Shown: one piece after another, positions 8,174 to 15,211 of the stretch
Layout: every line of letters begins with the position of its first letter
Position numbering within the stretch: position 1 is the stretch's first letter
Origin: an uncultured virus (IMG/VR IMGVR_UViG_3300046479_000175)
Lineage: Duplodnaviria; Heunggongvirae; Uroviricota; Caudoviricetes
Direction: 5' to 3' (one strand)
Length of the DNA stretch: 20,000 nucleotides
Virus record (IMG/VR): IMGVR_UViG_3300046479_000175
The notes under the pieces: model-generated
Seen by the model: only the letters and a program-made list of their open reading frames with translations
What the model was told of the DNA's origin: nothing
Database searches by the model: none
Made by a program: the position numbers and the translations under genes

Positions 8174-8345
8174 CGTGCGCCCAGCACGCTGACGCGAGCG
8201 GCGGCGCGCTTCACCGCAGGTGCGGTTTCGGGACCGCGCGCGAATGCGCGCCCACCGGCACGGCTGAATTGCTATCGAAAAGGCCTATAATGCCGCTCAT
8301 CATCTCCCGGGCCATGCGGCTCCATCTAAGATAGGAGGGGCGAAA

Positions 8346-9896
8346 ATGTCCGCTCCCGTTATTAAGTTACGTCGGTTGATTCAAGAAAACAGCAGGATCC
8401 AGAAGGGTTCGTCGATTGAGATCGATTACGTTGATGTCACTCATGCTTTAGCAGATGCCACCACCCGCCAAAACCACGTCGTTTTCGGGCGCCGCGGATG
8501 TGGAAAGAGTTTGCTCCTGGAAAAGGTTCGAAAGGGGATCGGCCCGAACATCAAGGCTATCTATATAAACTGCGAGGACTACAAGCATCATTCGTTTCCA
8601 AACGTTCTTATCGAGATCCTCGATGCTGTTTTCACGGAAATCGAGGAACATCTCAGCGGGTGGTTCGGCAAGAAGAAGCGCCTGCGCGCTCTCGTCGCCG
8701 AGCTGAGAGGATCGCTCGACAAACTTCGAACCAAGGATGACGAAATTGAGAAGAAGGTGAAGAGCCGCGCTGAAATCGAAAAGAAGGGGTCTGCTAGCGC
8801 AAAAGCAGCGGTTCCTCACACGCATCTCGGCTTCGAGTTCTCTGGCGCGCGCAAAGAATCTATTGAGGCGGAATATCACACGTTCGATGACAAAATCCGT
8901 GATCTCAACCAACTGCTGCCGAAATTGAAGAGGACGATTCAGCAGTTTTTTGACTTATCAAACAAGGTTGAGGTCATCTTCATCGAACTGGATGATTTCT
9001 ACCAGCTGAGAAGGCCCATCCAGCCTTATGTTGCCGATTACGTTCATCGACTGTGCAAAGACCTTCCTCTGTTCTTCAAGATCGGAACGTTGCGTCACGT
9101 AAGCTCACTTTATGCTGACCGCCATCAGCAACCCATTGGCGCACAAGAGCGTCATGACTATCAACCAATAAACGTCGACTACACTCTCGCTGATTTCAAG
9201 AAAACATCGGCCCAGATTCGCAAAATACTGCATGAGTACGCGAAAAAAGCAGGGATGACGCCGGATGAAGCAGACTCACTGTTCAAGGGAGAGGGCTTCA
9301 ACCGCCTCGTGCTCGCATCCGGTGGCGTACCGCGCGATTTTCTTTCCCTCCTCCTTGAGGCCCTAGCCGACAAGCCGCCGGGCGATGAAAAGATCGGGAA
9401 GGATGATGTAAGGGGGCTCAGTCTTCGAACCTTTCATCACCGCATCGAAGAATTGAAGGCAGACTCAGAGGAGAAAGATCACGACACGCTCATACGCGGA
9501 ATCTATGCAATCCGTAAGCTCTGCCTCGACCGCAAGACAAACGTCTTCCTGGTCGCCGACAAGAATCTCCAAGAAATGAGCGGAATTAAGGACCTCCTAA
9601 ATCGGCTGGTCGACTATCGAATCGTTCACCTCGTCGGAGCAGCATTGACCCACAAATCTCAGCCGGGGACCTTTACCGCTTACATGATCGATATGGGTGC
9701 CCATGCAAATATGCGCAAATTGGCCGGCAAATTTAAGGAAATCGACATCACAGCCCCAGATGCGAAAGAGCAGTGCCGGAATGCTCCAGTTCTGGAAGTG
9801 GCGACGCTGGAAGCGATGTTCGCTTCCGCTCCTATTAACGCCGAAGAGGTCCTCATAAAAGAGGTGGAGAGTGAGGAGGAGGAGGATTCGAACTAG
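8346..9896 (+). CDS. P-loop ATPase (AAA+/ORC-CDC6-like or STAND-like), inserted cargo
   Basis: Walker A GRRGCGKS, Walker B IFIELDDF, GGVPRDF motif, probable C-terminal winged helix; TATAAT at 8286-8291 and AGGAGG RBS; opposite strand to the flanking phage genes. Confidence 0.8.
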   Translation: MSAPVIKLRRLIQENSRIQKGSSIEIDYVDVTHALADATTRQNHVVFGRRGCGKSLLLEKVRKGIGPNIKAIYINCEDYKHHSFPNVLIEILDAVFTEIEEHLSGWFGKKKRLRALVAELRGSLDKLRTKDDEIEKKVKSRAEIEKKGSASAKAAVPHTHLGFEFSGARKESIEAEYHTFDDKIRDLNQLLPKLKRTIQQFFDLSNKVEVIFIELDDFYQLRRPIQPYVADYVHRLCKDLPLFFKIGTLRHVSSLYADRHQQPIGAQERHDYQPINVDYTLADFKKTSAQIRKILHEYAKKAGMTPDEADSLFKGEGFNRLVLASGGVPRDFLSLLLEALADKPPGDEKIGKDDVRGLSLRTFHHRIEELKADSEEKDHDTLIRGIYAIRKLCLDRKTNVFLVADKNLQEMSGIKDLLNRLVDYRIVHLVGAALTHKSQPGTFTAYMIDMGAHANMRKLAGKFKEIDITAPDAKEQCRNAPVLEVATLEAMFASAPINAEEVLIKEVESEEEEDSN

Positions 9897-9911
9897 TTCA
9901 GGGAGAACTCC

Positions 9912-10127
9912 GTGCCCGCGATTAGAGATTTAACTCGCGACATCCTCGGCGAGCTCGACAAGACCATTCTGGATAGCTTCACAACTGAGGAGCTGCAGAT
10001 CATCGACGTCTCCGTCCAGCTTTCTTTTTTATTCACCCCCAATCCTCGCATGGCGCGAACGGGAAGGCTTTTTGACCTGATAGCCGTTCAGTCGGCCATA
10101 TCCCCAATATTGGCGTCTCTCCAGTAA
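9912..10127 (+). CDS. Possible small gene or truncated remnant downstream of the ATPase
   Basis: GGGGAG RBS before the GTG; the first ~40 aa look protein-like, while the rest overlaps the convergent phage gene. Confidence 0.3.
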   Translation: MPAIRDLTRDILGELDKTILDSFTTEELQIIDVSVQLSFLFTPNPRMARTGRLFDLIAVQSAISPILASLQ

Positions 10128-10361
10128 CCCAAGACGAACAAGATGCCACAGGATAGGCCTCACCACGAATTCATCGAGATCGTCATCAACCTGCTCAACG
10201 ACGGCCACAACCTCCATCGGCGTCAGCCAAATGAAGTCCGTTATGTGATTTAGAACGATTGAACGTAGCTTATGTTTACGTGGCCGGCGCCCATAGGGCT
10301 TACGTTTTGTCCGACCGGAGATCTTCACTGCCTCGGGAGGCGTCCACCCTCGCTTCATCAT
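10029..10361 (-). CDS. Hypothetical protein, possible winged-helix DNA-binding domain
   Basis: ATGA overlap with rusA; basic N-terminus; LTPMEVV..VRPILWHLVRLGLLERR..GYQV resembles a wHTH recognition helix plus wing. Confidence 0.6.
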   Translation of the reverse strand: MMKRGWTPPEAVKISGRTKRKPYGRRPRKHKLRSIVLNHITDFIWLTPMEVVAVVEQVDDDLDEFVVRPILWHLVRLGLLERRQYWGYGRLNGYQVKKPSRSRHARIGGE

Positions 10362-10765
10362 TGTTCGATCACTGACACCGTCACATACGTCTTTTCCTCC
10401 ACCTCTGTGTATTGCCGCCGGACGATCAGTTCGTTCACGAACCGATCATCGAGGAACACCGTCCGGTTCATCCCATCGGTGATCGCCTTCACGCAGTTGT
10501 CAACGTCGCAATGCGTTGGCATCAACTCGCCGCGTAGCGCAAGGCCGCGCTTCTTCGAAGACCAAGATTGCGGTATCGAGCAGTAGATGCGGATGCTTAG
10601 GCTGACGAAGCCGAGCAATGGCGGATTGCCCTTCATCGCGATGTTTGCGACCTGACGAACGAGTTTTTCGTAGGCGCGCGTTTCAGGGGGCGTTACGAAG
10701 CGGTTGCCGAACGTCCGTTGCTTTGGCTGACAGTAGCCGGGTATTTCGAACTCGACCGCCCGCAT
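10358..10765 (-). CDS. rusA: RusA-family Holliday junction resolvase
   Basis: DVDNCVKAITDGMN..FLDDRFV catalytic motif; N-terminal IPG..QPKQR..TPPETRAYE. Confidence 0.92.
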   Translation of the reverse strand: MRAVEFEIPGYCQPKQRTFGNRFVTPPETRAYEKLVRQVANIAMKGNPPLLGFVSLSIRIYCSIPQSWSSKKRGLALRGELMPTHCDVDNCVKAITDGMNRTVFLDDRFVNELIVRRQYTEVEEKTYVTVSVIEQ

Positions 10766-10776
10766 TCATAGCATCT

Positions 10777-11040
10777 CTAATCCAAGTAGCCCAATAAGAA
10801 GCCGGGGAGCGAATAATCAGCTTCCCGCGATGCTATTCGCCGCTCATCAATATCCGCATTCTTCCGCTTGCGCGCAACTCTGTACGACTTCCATGGAGCG
10901 CGCTTCTCTAATCTGAGGCGATGGACCTTCCCAAGAACCGCGCAACGTGATGTCTTCAGCGCGAATGCGATCTCCTTTGGGCTCTTTCCAGCGGCCCACA
11001 TCTGTTTCAGTCGTTCAGCGTCTTCGGCGCTCCATTTCAT
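10777..11040 (-). CDS. gcrA: GcrA-like protein (N-terminal DNA-binding domain only)
   Basis: MKWSAEDAERLKQMWAAGKSPKEIAFALKTSRCAVLGKVHRLRL matches the GcrA N-terminal HTH (W..E....L...W..G.S..IA..L..SRNAVIGK.HRL); the C-terminal domain is absent. Confidence 0.85.
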   Translation of the reverse strand: MKWSAEDAERLKQMWAAGKSPKEIAFALKTSRCAVLGKVHRLRLEKRAPWKSYRVARKRKNADIDERRIASREADYSLPGFLLGYLD

Positions 11041-11654
11041 GCGGCGCCACCGGCAGCCGCGAATTTATCCGTCTGGTTTCCCCATGTGTCCCATCCCGAT
11101 CTGCGCTGCCGGGCAAAGAGTTCGCAATATGGACCAGCAACAAGCCGCTCAATCCTTTCGTGAATGCCCTCGGGCTTCCGAGAGTGCTCTCGGCGGGGAG
11201 CGATGATGCCTTGGCGAACGTCGGCGTGCAGACGCTTAGGCTTACCCCGCGTCGCAAGCAAAGAGGGCTCGGTGTTCGCCCGCGTCCAGTAGCCGAGGCC
11301 CGCGAAAGGTGTTTTGTCATCCGCGAAGAGTCGATACGGGTCCGCTTTCATCCAGCTAAAGGCGCACGTTTTGTAGGTAAATCCCCACGCATCCAAAATC
11401 GCGAGCGAGCGCTGCAGGACAGGCCAGCAAGTCCACATGAATAGAACGCAGTCCTCTGCCGCCAATTCCGAAACTGGCAACGCGGCAATTTTGTCGTCGT
11501 CCATCAGGTCGTAATGTCGTTCGATAGCCCGCGACGGATAGTTATTTCCAACCTTCTTGGGTCGCGCTCCCCAAAGAGAGTTAAAGACCCATGGCGGATC
11601 CGCAAGGATCGCCCCGTAATGACCGGCCTTCAGATCTTCGAAAGGCCACGTCAT
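11037..11654 (-). CDS. MT-A70 family N6-adenine methyltransferase
   Basis: ILADPPW catalytic motif, LFMW, AWGFTYKT, GLGYWTRANTE, EHSRKP and ELFAR. Confidence 0.93.
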   Translation of the reverse strand: MTWPFEDLKAGHYGAILADPPWVFNSLWGARPKKVGNNYPSRAIERHYDLMDDDKIAALPVSELAAEDCVLFMWTCWPVLQRSLAILDAWGFTYKTCAFSWMKADPYRLFADDKTPFAGLGYWTRANTEPSLLATRGKPKRLHADVRQGIIAPRREHSRKPEGIHERIERLVAGPYCELFARQRRSGWDTWGNQTDKFAAAGGAA

Positions 11655-12016
11655 CAGTTACCCATGAATACGTAAACAGGTGTCTTCCGTGCGTGACTCC
11701 TCTTTTCCTTCATCGCCCGATAAGCTCCGGTTGCTTTCAAAAGCCCATCGCGGACAGCTTTATTGATCAGCGCACCCCATGCATTTGCGTGACCTGGATG
11801 GCCGACGCGGGCGATAAGCATGCGGCGAAGATCCTCGCCCGTGACGCCGTGCTCCGTATTTGCCCAGCCATTGGGCATGCGGGCGAGCTGCTCAAGCTGA
11901 AGCAATGCGAGTGCCATCCAATCGGAATTATTTTCTGTGACTTGCTCGATGCCGGCGTCCCGAGCCTGAGCCGATGCGAGGAAGTCGAGGAGCGGAGCGC
12001 CGGATTCCATCTTCAA
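11654..12016 (-). CDS. Hypothetical phage protein
   Basis: Translationally coupled on both sides (TTGA and TGATG overlaps); ARDAGI..HANAWGAL..SHAR pattern seen in phage early proteins. Confidence 0.7.
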   Translation of the reverse strand: MKMESGAPLLDFLASAQARDAGIEQVTENNSDWMALALLQLEQLARMPNGWANTEHGVTGEDLRRMLIARVGHPGHANAWGALINKAVRDGLLKATGAYRAMKEKRSHARKTPVYVFMGN

Positions 12017-12204
12017 CCCCCGCCGTAGATATCGGCCAATGTCACGTCGCCCTTGCAGAATTTCACGATCCGCTTCGCCATAACAGGGCGCGGAACTCGC
12101 AGACCATGCACATATCGGCGCGCGCTCTCATGCGTCGTTTTGATCCCGTCAGCAAAGGCCTGGATCGACAACCGATTCTTTGCTAGGTATGCGCTGAGTT
12201 TCAT
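12013..12204 (-). CDS. Cro-like XRE helix-turn-helix regulator
   Basis: MKLSAYLAKNRLSIQAFADGIKTTHESARRYVHGLRVPRPVMAKRIVKFCKGDVTLADIY; ATG at 12204 preferred over 12237 because of the promoter position. Confidence 0.85.
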   Translation of the reverse strand: MKLSAYLAKNRLSIQAFADGIKTTHESARRYVHGLRVPRPVMAKRIVKFCKGDVTLADIYGGG

Positions 12205-12331
12205 GGGGTCGCAACCTACACCGATTTGGTGGGGCATTGCAAGCGAGAAAATAGCAATAAAGTTGCGCGAGAAATTCTTGCGATTCCCTCCGAATTGGTG
12301 GAGAGTGCATCAACGGAAAACGGACGACAAG
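12205..12331. promoter_or_regulatory. Divergent early promoter region with two operator-like sites
   Basis: Minus strand TTGCAA-N18-TAGGTT (12242-12213); plus strand TTGCGA-N17-GAGAGT (12278-12306). CACCGATTTGGTG (12219-12231) and CTCCGAATTGGTG (12288-12300) each lie in a promoter spacer. Confidence 0.6.
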
Positions 12332-12484
12332 ATGAACTCCTCGATCTACGACACACGCAATTGCGACTGCGATCTATGCGAAGCCCTTCGCAAACGCGAT
12401 CTCTGGCGTGAAGCGCGCCAGTGGGCGCTCTTTCTCTTCGTTATCGGCATCCTCGCGGCGGTGCTTATCTGGGGGGTGCCATGA
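12332..12484 (+). CDS. Small membrane protein (50 aa)
   Basis: MNSSIYDTRNCDCDLCEALRKRDLWREARQWALFLFVIGILAAVLIWGVP; C-terminal TM; ATGA overlap with the next gene. Confidence 0.6.
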   Translation: MNSSIYDTRNCDCDLCEALRKRDLWREARQWALFLFVIGILAAVLIWGVP

Positions 12485-12822
12485 AGTGCGACTCAACCAT
12501 TACCGGAGAGAAGAGAAGATTCTCAAGCCACCTCTACCGCATCATCGACGCTGCCCTCGAGATTGAGCCGGAGGACAAACCGAAACCCATCCCAGAGTTT
12601 CGCGCCGGTCAGGTCGTCGCCGTCTATACCGATTCCGCACAGGGTCAGTTCATCTCCTACGGACGCATCGTCACCGGCACGTGGGAGCATGACGCGTGGT
12701 ACTACGCGATTCAGACGCTTGGTGGAACGCTCATCAGCCATCCTTCATGCTGTCTCCGGGCCATCAGTCCTGACGAACAACGTGCGCTGTGGATAAGGGT
12801 TTCGGGAGACGCTCATGTCTGA
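12481..12822 (+). CDS. Hypothetical phage protein (possible SH3-like barrel)
   Basis: ATG at 12481 in an ATGA overlap with a GGGGG RBS; FRAGQVVAV..GRIV..YYAI pattern. Confidence 0.6.
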   Translation: MKCDSTITGEKRRFSSHLYRIIDAALEIEPEDKPKPIPEFRAGQVVAVYTDSAQGQFISYGRIVTGTWEHDAWYYAIQTLGGTLISHPSCCLRAISPDEQRALWIRVSGDAHV

Positions 12823-12967
12823 GGCGCCGCGACACCTAAGCCCCGAGACGTTGCAGTGGCTCCGCGACCACATGCGCCTTGGCGACCGCTTCATCTTTCG
12901 TGATATGGAGGAAGCGGTGAGGCGCAGCAAGCAGCCGACGCACCTCGAACCGGCCAGTCGGCCATGA
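12815..12967 (+). CDS. Small hypothetical protein (50 aa)
   Basis: Read manually: MSEAPRHLSPETLQWLRDHMRLGDRFIFRDMEEAVRRSKQPTHLEPASRP; GGGAG RBS; ATGA overlap with the exonuclease gene. Confidence 0.55.
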   Translation: MSEAPRHLSPETLQWLRDHMRLGDRFIFRDMEEAVRRSKQPTHLEPASRP

Positions 12968-13995
12968 TCGAGGACGGCGTCTACTTTTCCCTGCCCGAAT
13001 CCGACTATCACGCGCTTCCTGCATTAAGCGCCAGCGGCATCAAGAATCTGCTCATCAGCCCTATGGACTTCTGGGCACGTTCATGGATGAACCCTCTCAA
13101 AGATATCGACGAGGAAGACGGAGACGAACCGGAATGGAAGATAATAGGCCACGCTTACCACAAACGGATTCTCGAGGGTAAGACCGCATTCGACGCGTGT
13201 TATGCACCAACCTTCGAGGCCCCGAAGGGCTGTCTCAAAACAATCGATGACATCGAGACTCACCTGCGTGAAATCGGCGCAGACACCAAGGGCTGCAATA
13301 GCAAGCCCAAATGGATTGCGCGCCTCAAAGAGGTTGAGCCAGCCGCACTAATTTATGACGAGTTGCGCGCGGGTTACCTCAAAAAACACGACGGCATGGA
13401 ATTTCTCCCCATTGAAGCGATCACCAAGATCGAATTGGCCGCTGCAATGATCGAAAAGCATCCGCATCTTGTGAAATGCTTTCGCGGCGGATACCCAGAG
13501 GTGACCGTCATCTGGTCAGAAAACGGCGTCCCCTTTAAATCCCGTTTCGACTACCTAAAGCCGAAGGCGGTCATCGACCTCAAAACGTTTGCCAACCTGA
13601 TGAACAAGCCGATTGACAGCGCAATATACAGCGCGATGGCTTCCAGAAAATATCACATTCAGGCTGCGTTCTACCTTCGCGCCGTAAAGGCCGCTCAGAC
13701 GCTTTCACATCCAGTTGATTTTCCCGGTGACGACAAATGGCTTGAAGCTTTCACAGACTGCACGGAGCACGACTTCTTCTTTGTGTTCCAGCAGAAGGGC
13801 ATAGCACCTCTCGCGCGCGGGAAGAAATTCATACGCGGCTCGTTGTGGGCCTGTGGCGAAGTCGCTATCGATGAAGCTATCGCCCGTTACAAGCACGGCG
13901 TGGAAACTTTCGGACCTGACGCCCCGTGGATCGACAACGCACCAATCGAGGAATTCGACGACAGCATGTTCCCCGCTTACGCAACGGAGTTATAG
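12964..13995 (+). CDS. RecE/ExoVIII-like PD-(D/E)XK exonuclease (DUF3799-like)
   Basis: YHALPALSASGIKNL, IGHAYH, PEVTV..KSRFDYL..VIDLKT, YHIQAAFY and FFFVFQQK. Confidence 0.88.
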   Translation: MIEDGVYFSLPESDYHALPALSASGIKNLLISPMDFWARSWMNPLKDIDEEDGDEPEWKIIGHAYHKRILEGKTAFDACYAPTFEAPKGCLKTIDDIETHLREIGADTKGCNSKPKWIARLKEVEPAALIYDELRAGYLKKHDGMEFLPIEAITKIELAAAMIEKHPHLVKCFRGGYPEVTVIWSENGVPFKSRFDYLKPKAVIDLKTFANLMNKPIDSAIYSAMASRKYHIQAAFYLRAVKAAQTLSHPVDFPGDDKWLEAFTDCTEHDFFFVFQQKGIAPLARGKKFIRGSLWACGEVAIDEAIARYKHGVETFGPDAPWIDNAPIEEFDDSMFPAYATEL

Positions 13996-13997
13996 CT

Positions 13998-14816
13998 ATG
14001 AACGACCACACCGACGACGACATCGAACTCAGCTCGCCGAAAGTCGATGTACAAGATACCGAGGCTACCGAGGCTACCGAGGCTACCGAGGCTACGAATG
14101 CCATGCCTCAGGAGACCGAACAGAAGCTGCCGGTGAAGGCACAAGTTGGCACTGTGGAGCGAATCATGCCTATCGCATGCCGCAGCATCGAGGAGGCCTA
14201 TCGTACTGCCGAAATGTTCTGTTATGCGGCGATGGTTCCAAACTCTTATGCAGTCGATAAGAGGGGTCCGAATGGCGCCGTCCTTAAGGGACAACTCGAT
14301 TGGAAGGCTACATGTTCCCGAATGGCAGTCGCGATCATGGCTGGCAGTGAGGTCGGCTTCGGACCGGCGGCGGCGCTCAAAAATATCGCCGTGATAAACG
14401 GCCTCGCCTCGATTTTCGGACAGGGAGCAAAGGCTCTCGTCCAACATTCCGGCGCACTCGAATGGGAGAGGATCGACACCGAAGGCGACTGGGCTACCGG
14501 TGACTATAAGGTCATCGTGAGCCTTAAACGTAGGGGTCAAGAGATTCCTTACACCAAGTCTTTCGGCAAAGAGGACGCAAAGAAAGCTGGCCTTCTGGGA
14601 CGCGCCAAGGCCGGTTCACCGTGGCAGGCCTATCCGGAACGCCAAACTTATTGGCGCGCATGGACATGGGCTGCCCGTGACGGATTCGCAGACGCCCTTA
14701 TGGGCCTCACGATTGCAGAAGAACTCGAAGACTATGCACAGATCGAAGCCGCCCGGGAGCACAAGACCGACACCAGCAGTCTCGACGACGGAGGTCCCGC
14801 AGATGCAGCGGCCTGA
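13998..14816 (+). CDS. RecT/Redbeta-like single-strand annealing protein
   Basis: AIMAGSEVGFGPAAALKNIAVING, EDAKKAGL, PWQAYPERQ and ARDGFADALMGL..EE; directly follows the exonuclease. ATG at 13998 with GGAG RBS. Confidence 0.85.
   Translation: MNDHTDDDIELSSPKVDVQDTEATEATEATEATNAMPQETEQKLPVKAQVGTVERIMPIACRSIEEAYRTAEMFCYAAMVPNSYAVDKRGPNGAVLKGQLDWKATCSRMAVAIMAGSEVGFGPAAALKNIAVINGLASIFGQGAKALVQHSGALEWERIDTEGDWATGDYKVIVSLKRRGQEIPYTKSFGKEDAKKAGLLGRAKAGSPWQAYPERQTYWRAWTWAARDGFADALMGLTIAEELEDYAQIEAAREHKTDTSSLDDGGPADAAA
14057..14095 (+). repeat. In-frame 9-bp tandem repeat (TACCGAGGC)x4.3
   Basis: Four perfect copies plus TAC, encoding TEATEATEATEAT in the acidic N-terminus of the annealase. Confidence 0.95.
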
Positions 14817-15060
14817 CGACCTCGCAATTCCCCAATTTCTCAAACGGACAACGGAGCCAGTGATGACACAGACCACCGCCAAGAAGCGCACCAGAGCCGA
14901 ACTGCCGACTACCTTATCTGATGGAGACGTGATCGCGGACCTTTCTCTCTCGGAACTCGTGGAGAAGAAGGCTGTTTGGGAAGCGGCTATTGCCTCTCAC
15001 GGATGCCAACAGCTTGAACTCAGAGCAATCAACGCGGCTATTCGCGCGAAAGCCAAGTGA
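14803..15060 (+). CDS. 85-aa phage protein with an N-terminal FtsZ C-terminal-peptide-like motif
   Basis: GGAGG RBS at 14790-14794 and ATG at 14803; begins MQRPDDLAIPQFLKR. Confidence 0.7.
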   Translation: MQRPDDLAIPQFLKRTTEPVMTQTTAKKRTRAELPTTLSDGDVIADLSLSELVEKKAVWEAAIASHGCQQLELRAINAAIRAKAK

Positions 15061-15211
15061 TCTAGCCATCCCAACACCGATCCGATACAGTGCATAGCCC
15101 CTCAACCACCAGCAATGGAGCAGTACAGGTGTGGCCGCGTTAACAAAGTACTGCTTGACCGATGACCCAGCGGATGCTACCTCTCTTCGCCCACTGATCA
15201 CTTTCGGTCCG

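Noticed and set aside
7351..8334. Short overlapping ORFs on both strands (e.g. 7394-7714, 7827-8138, 8053-8334)
   Set aside because: They lack RBS or coupling, have Arg/Pro/Ala-rich shadow-like composition and overlap each other; the region is better explained by secondary structure.
8346..9896. Assignment of the ATPase to a named defence system (Avs, Septu, PARIS, Gabija)
   Set aside because: No ABC signature, no TPR sensor, and no fused or adjacent co-oriented effector nuclease.
12053..12331. Long N-terminal extension of ORF 12053-12484
   Set aside because: It would overlap the Cro-like gene and the divergent promoters; ATG at 12332 is more plausible.
14057..14095. Repeat as a CRISPR array or replication iterons
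   Set aside because: Contiguous 9-bp units without spacers, in frame inside a coding sequence; no cas genes.
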